Source: Hemiscyllium ocellatum | Lineage: Eukaryota | Reading direction: 5' to 3' | Length of the DNA: 64,000 bases | Assembly: GCF_020745735.1 (NCBI RefSeq) | Contig: NC_083444.1 | Location: 7,694,338 to 7,758,337 of the forward strand | In this document: positions 63,442 through 64,000 of the stretch, piece after piece | How the letters are laid out: each line of letters begins with the position of its first letter | Numbering within the stretch: the stretch's first letter is position 1 | Translations under genes and position numbers: made by a program | Notes under the pieces: model-generated | Seen by the model: only the letters and a program-made list of their open reading frames with translations | Databases searched by the model: none | What the model was told of the DNA's origin: nothing

Positions 63442-63818
63442 GCCCATGCCACCTCAGTGTGGGCGGCACGGTGGCACAGCTGTTAGCACCCCGGTTCAAT
63501 TCCTGCCTCAGGCGACTGACAGTGTGGAGTTTGCACATCCTCCCTGTGTCTGCGTAGGTTTCCTCCGGGTGCTCCGGTTTCCTCCCACAGTCTAAAAGTG
63601 TGCAGGTTAGGTGAATTGGCCATGCTAAATTGCCCGTAGTGTTAGGTGCAGGGGTAAATGTAGGGGAATGGGTCAGGGTGGGTGCCCTTCGGCGGGTCAA
63701 TGTGGACTTGTTGGGCCGAAGGGCCTGTTTCCACATTGTAAGTAATCTAATCAGTCAGGAGAACATGAGATTCTTAACCCCAGGATTAAGGTTGTGTGTT
63801 CGAGGCCCACATTGGGTG
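63442..63818 (+). pseudogene. tRNA-Lys(CTT)-derived pseudogene, copy 2, split by a SINE
   Basis: GCCCATGCCACCTCAGT [SINE 63459-63750] TCAGTCAGGAGAACATGAGATTCTTAACCCCAGGATTAAGGTTGTGTGTTCGAGGCCCACATTGGGTG; homologous to 59223-59304. Confidence 0.8.
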
Positions 63819-64000
63819 AAGTCTTCCTTTTCAATAAAACACTGTCCCACACCTTCTTATCAACAGCTCAGTCCCACTTGGCTGATCTTTCACTGGTCGT
63901 AGTGAATCAAGTTAAAAATCACACAACACCAGGTTACAGTTGAATAGGTTTATTTGGAAGTGAAGCGTTTAAATAAAACTGTTAGACTATAACCTGGTAT

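Noticed and set aside
50348-63818. Calling any of the tRNA-like sequences functional, or as anticodon-switched tRNAs (e.g. Gln body with ATG anticodon)
   Set aside because: All have broken acceptor, T or D stems, or insertions; anticodon changes are best explained by neutral decay.

Overview
Repeat-rich vertebrate genomic DNA from a cartilaginous fish. This is inferred from tRNA-head/CR1-tail SINEs with (AATCT)n tails, CR1 LINEs and Penelope ends of the shark type; a carpet/bamboo shark is a guess. There are three assembly gaps. Splicing exons by hand gives three + strand immune-type genes. (1) The last two exons of a LECT2-like gene (1647-1792, 3226-3395); the final splice acceptor reads GG instead of AG. 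(2) A 224-aa single-VJ-domain type I membrane receptor (leader 10973-11030, V 15777-16133, stalk 22655-22708, TM/tail 25867-26072) whose F-G strands resemble CD28/CTLA-4/NKp30. A nonsense-mutated duplicate of its leader lies upstream (5497-5554). (3) A 162-aa B7/butyrophilin-type protein with one V domain and a GPI-anchor-like C-terminus (leader 48030-48090, V 49059-49418, terminal exon 51613-51680), with a compact TATA/CCAAT/AP-1/RUNX/kB-like promoter near 44.8-45.1 kb. Downstream lies a decayed cluster of seven tRNA relics (Gln, 2x Val, 2x Leu, 2x Lys), partly from a local segmental duplication. The most interesting signal is a CD28/NKp30-like receptor sitting directly next to a GPI-type, V-only B7-like gene. 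All gene models were spliced by eye, with no database search or expression data. Repeat boundaries are approximate.
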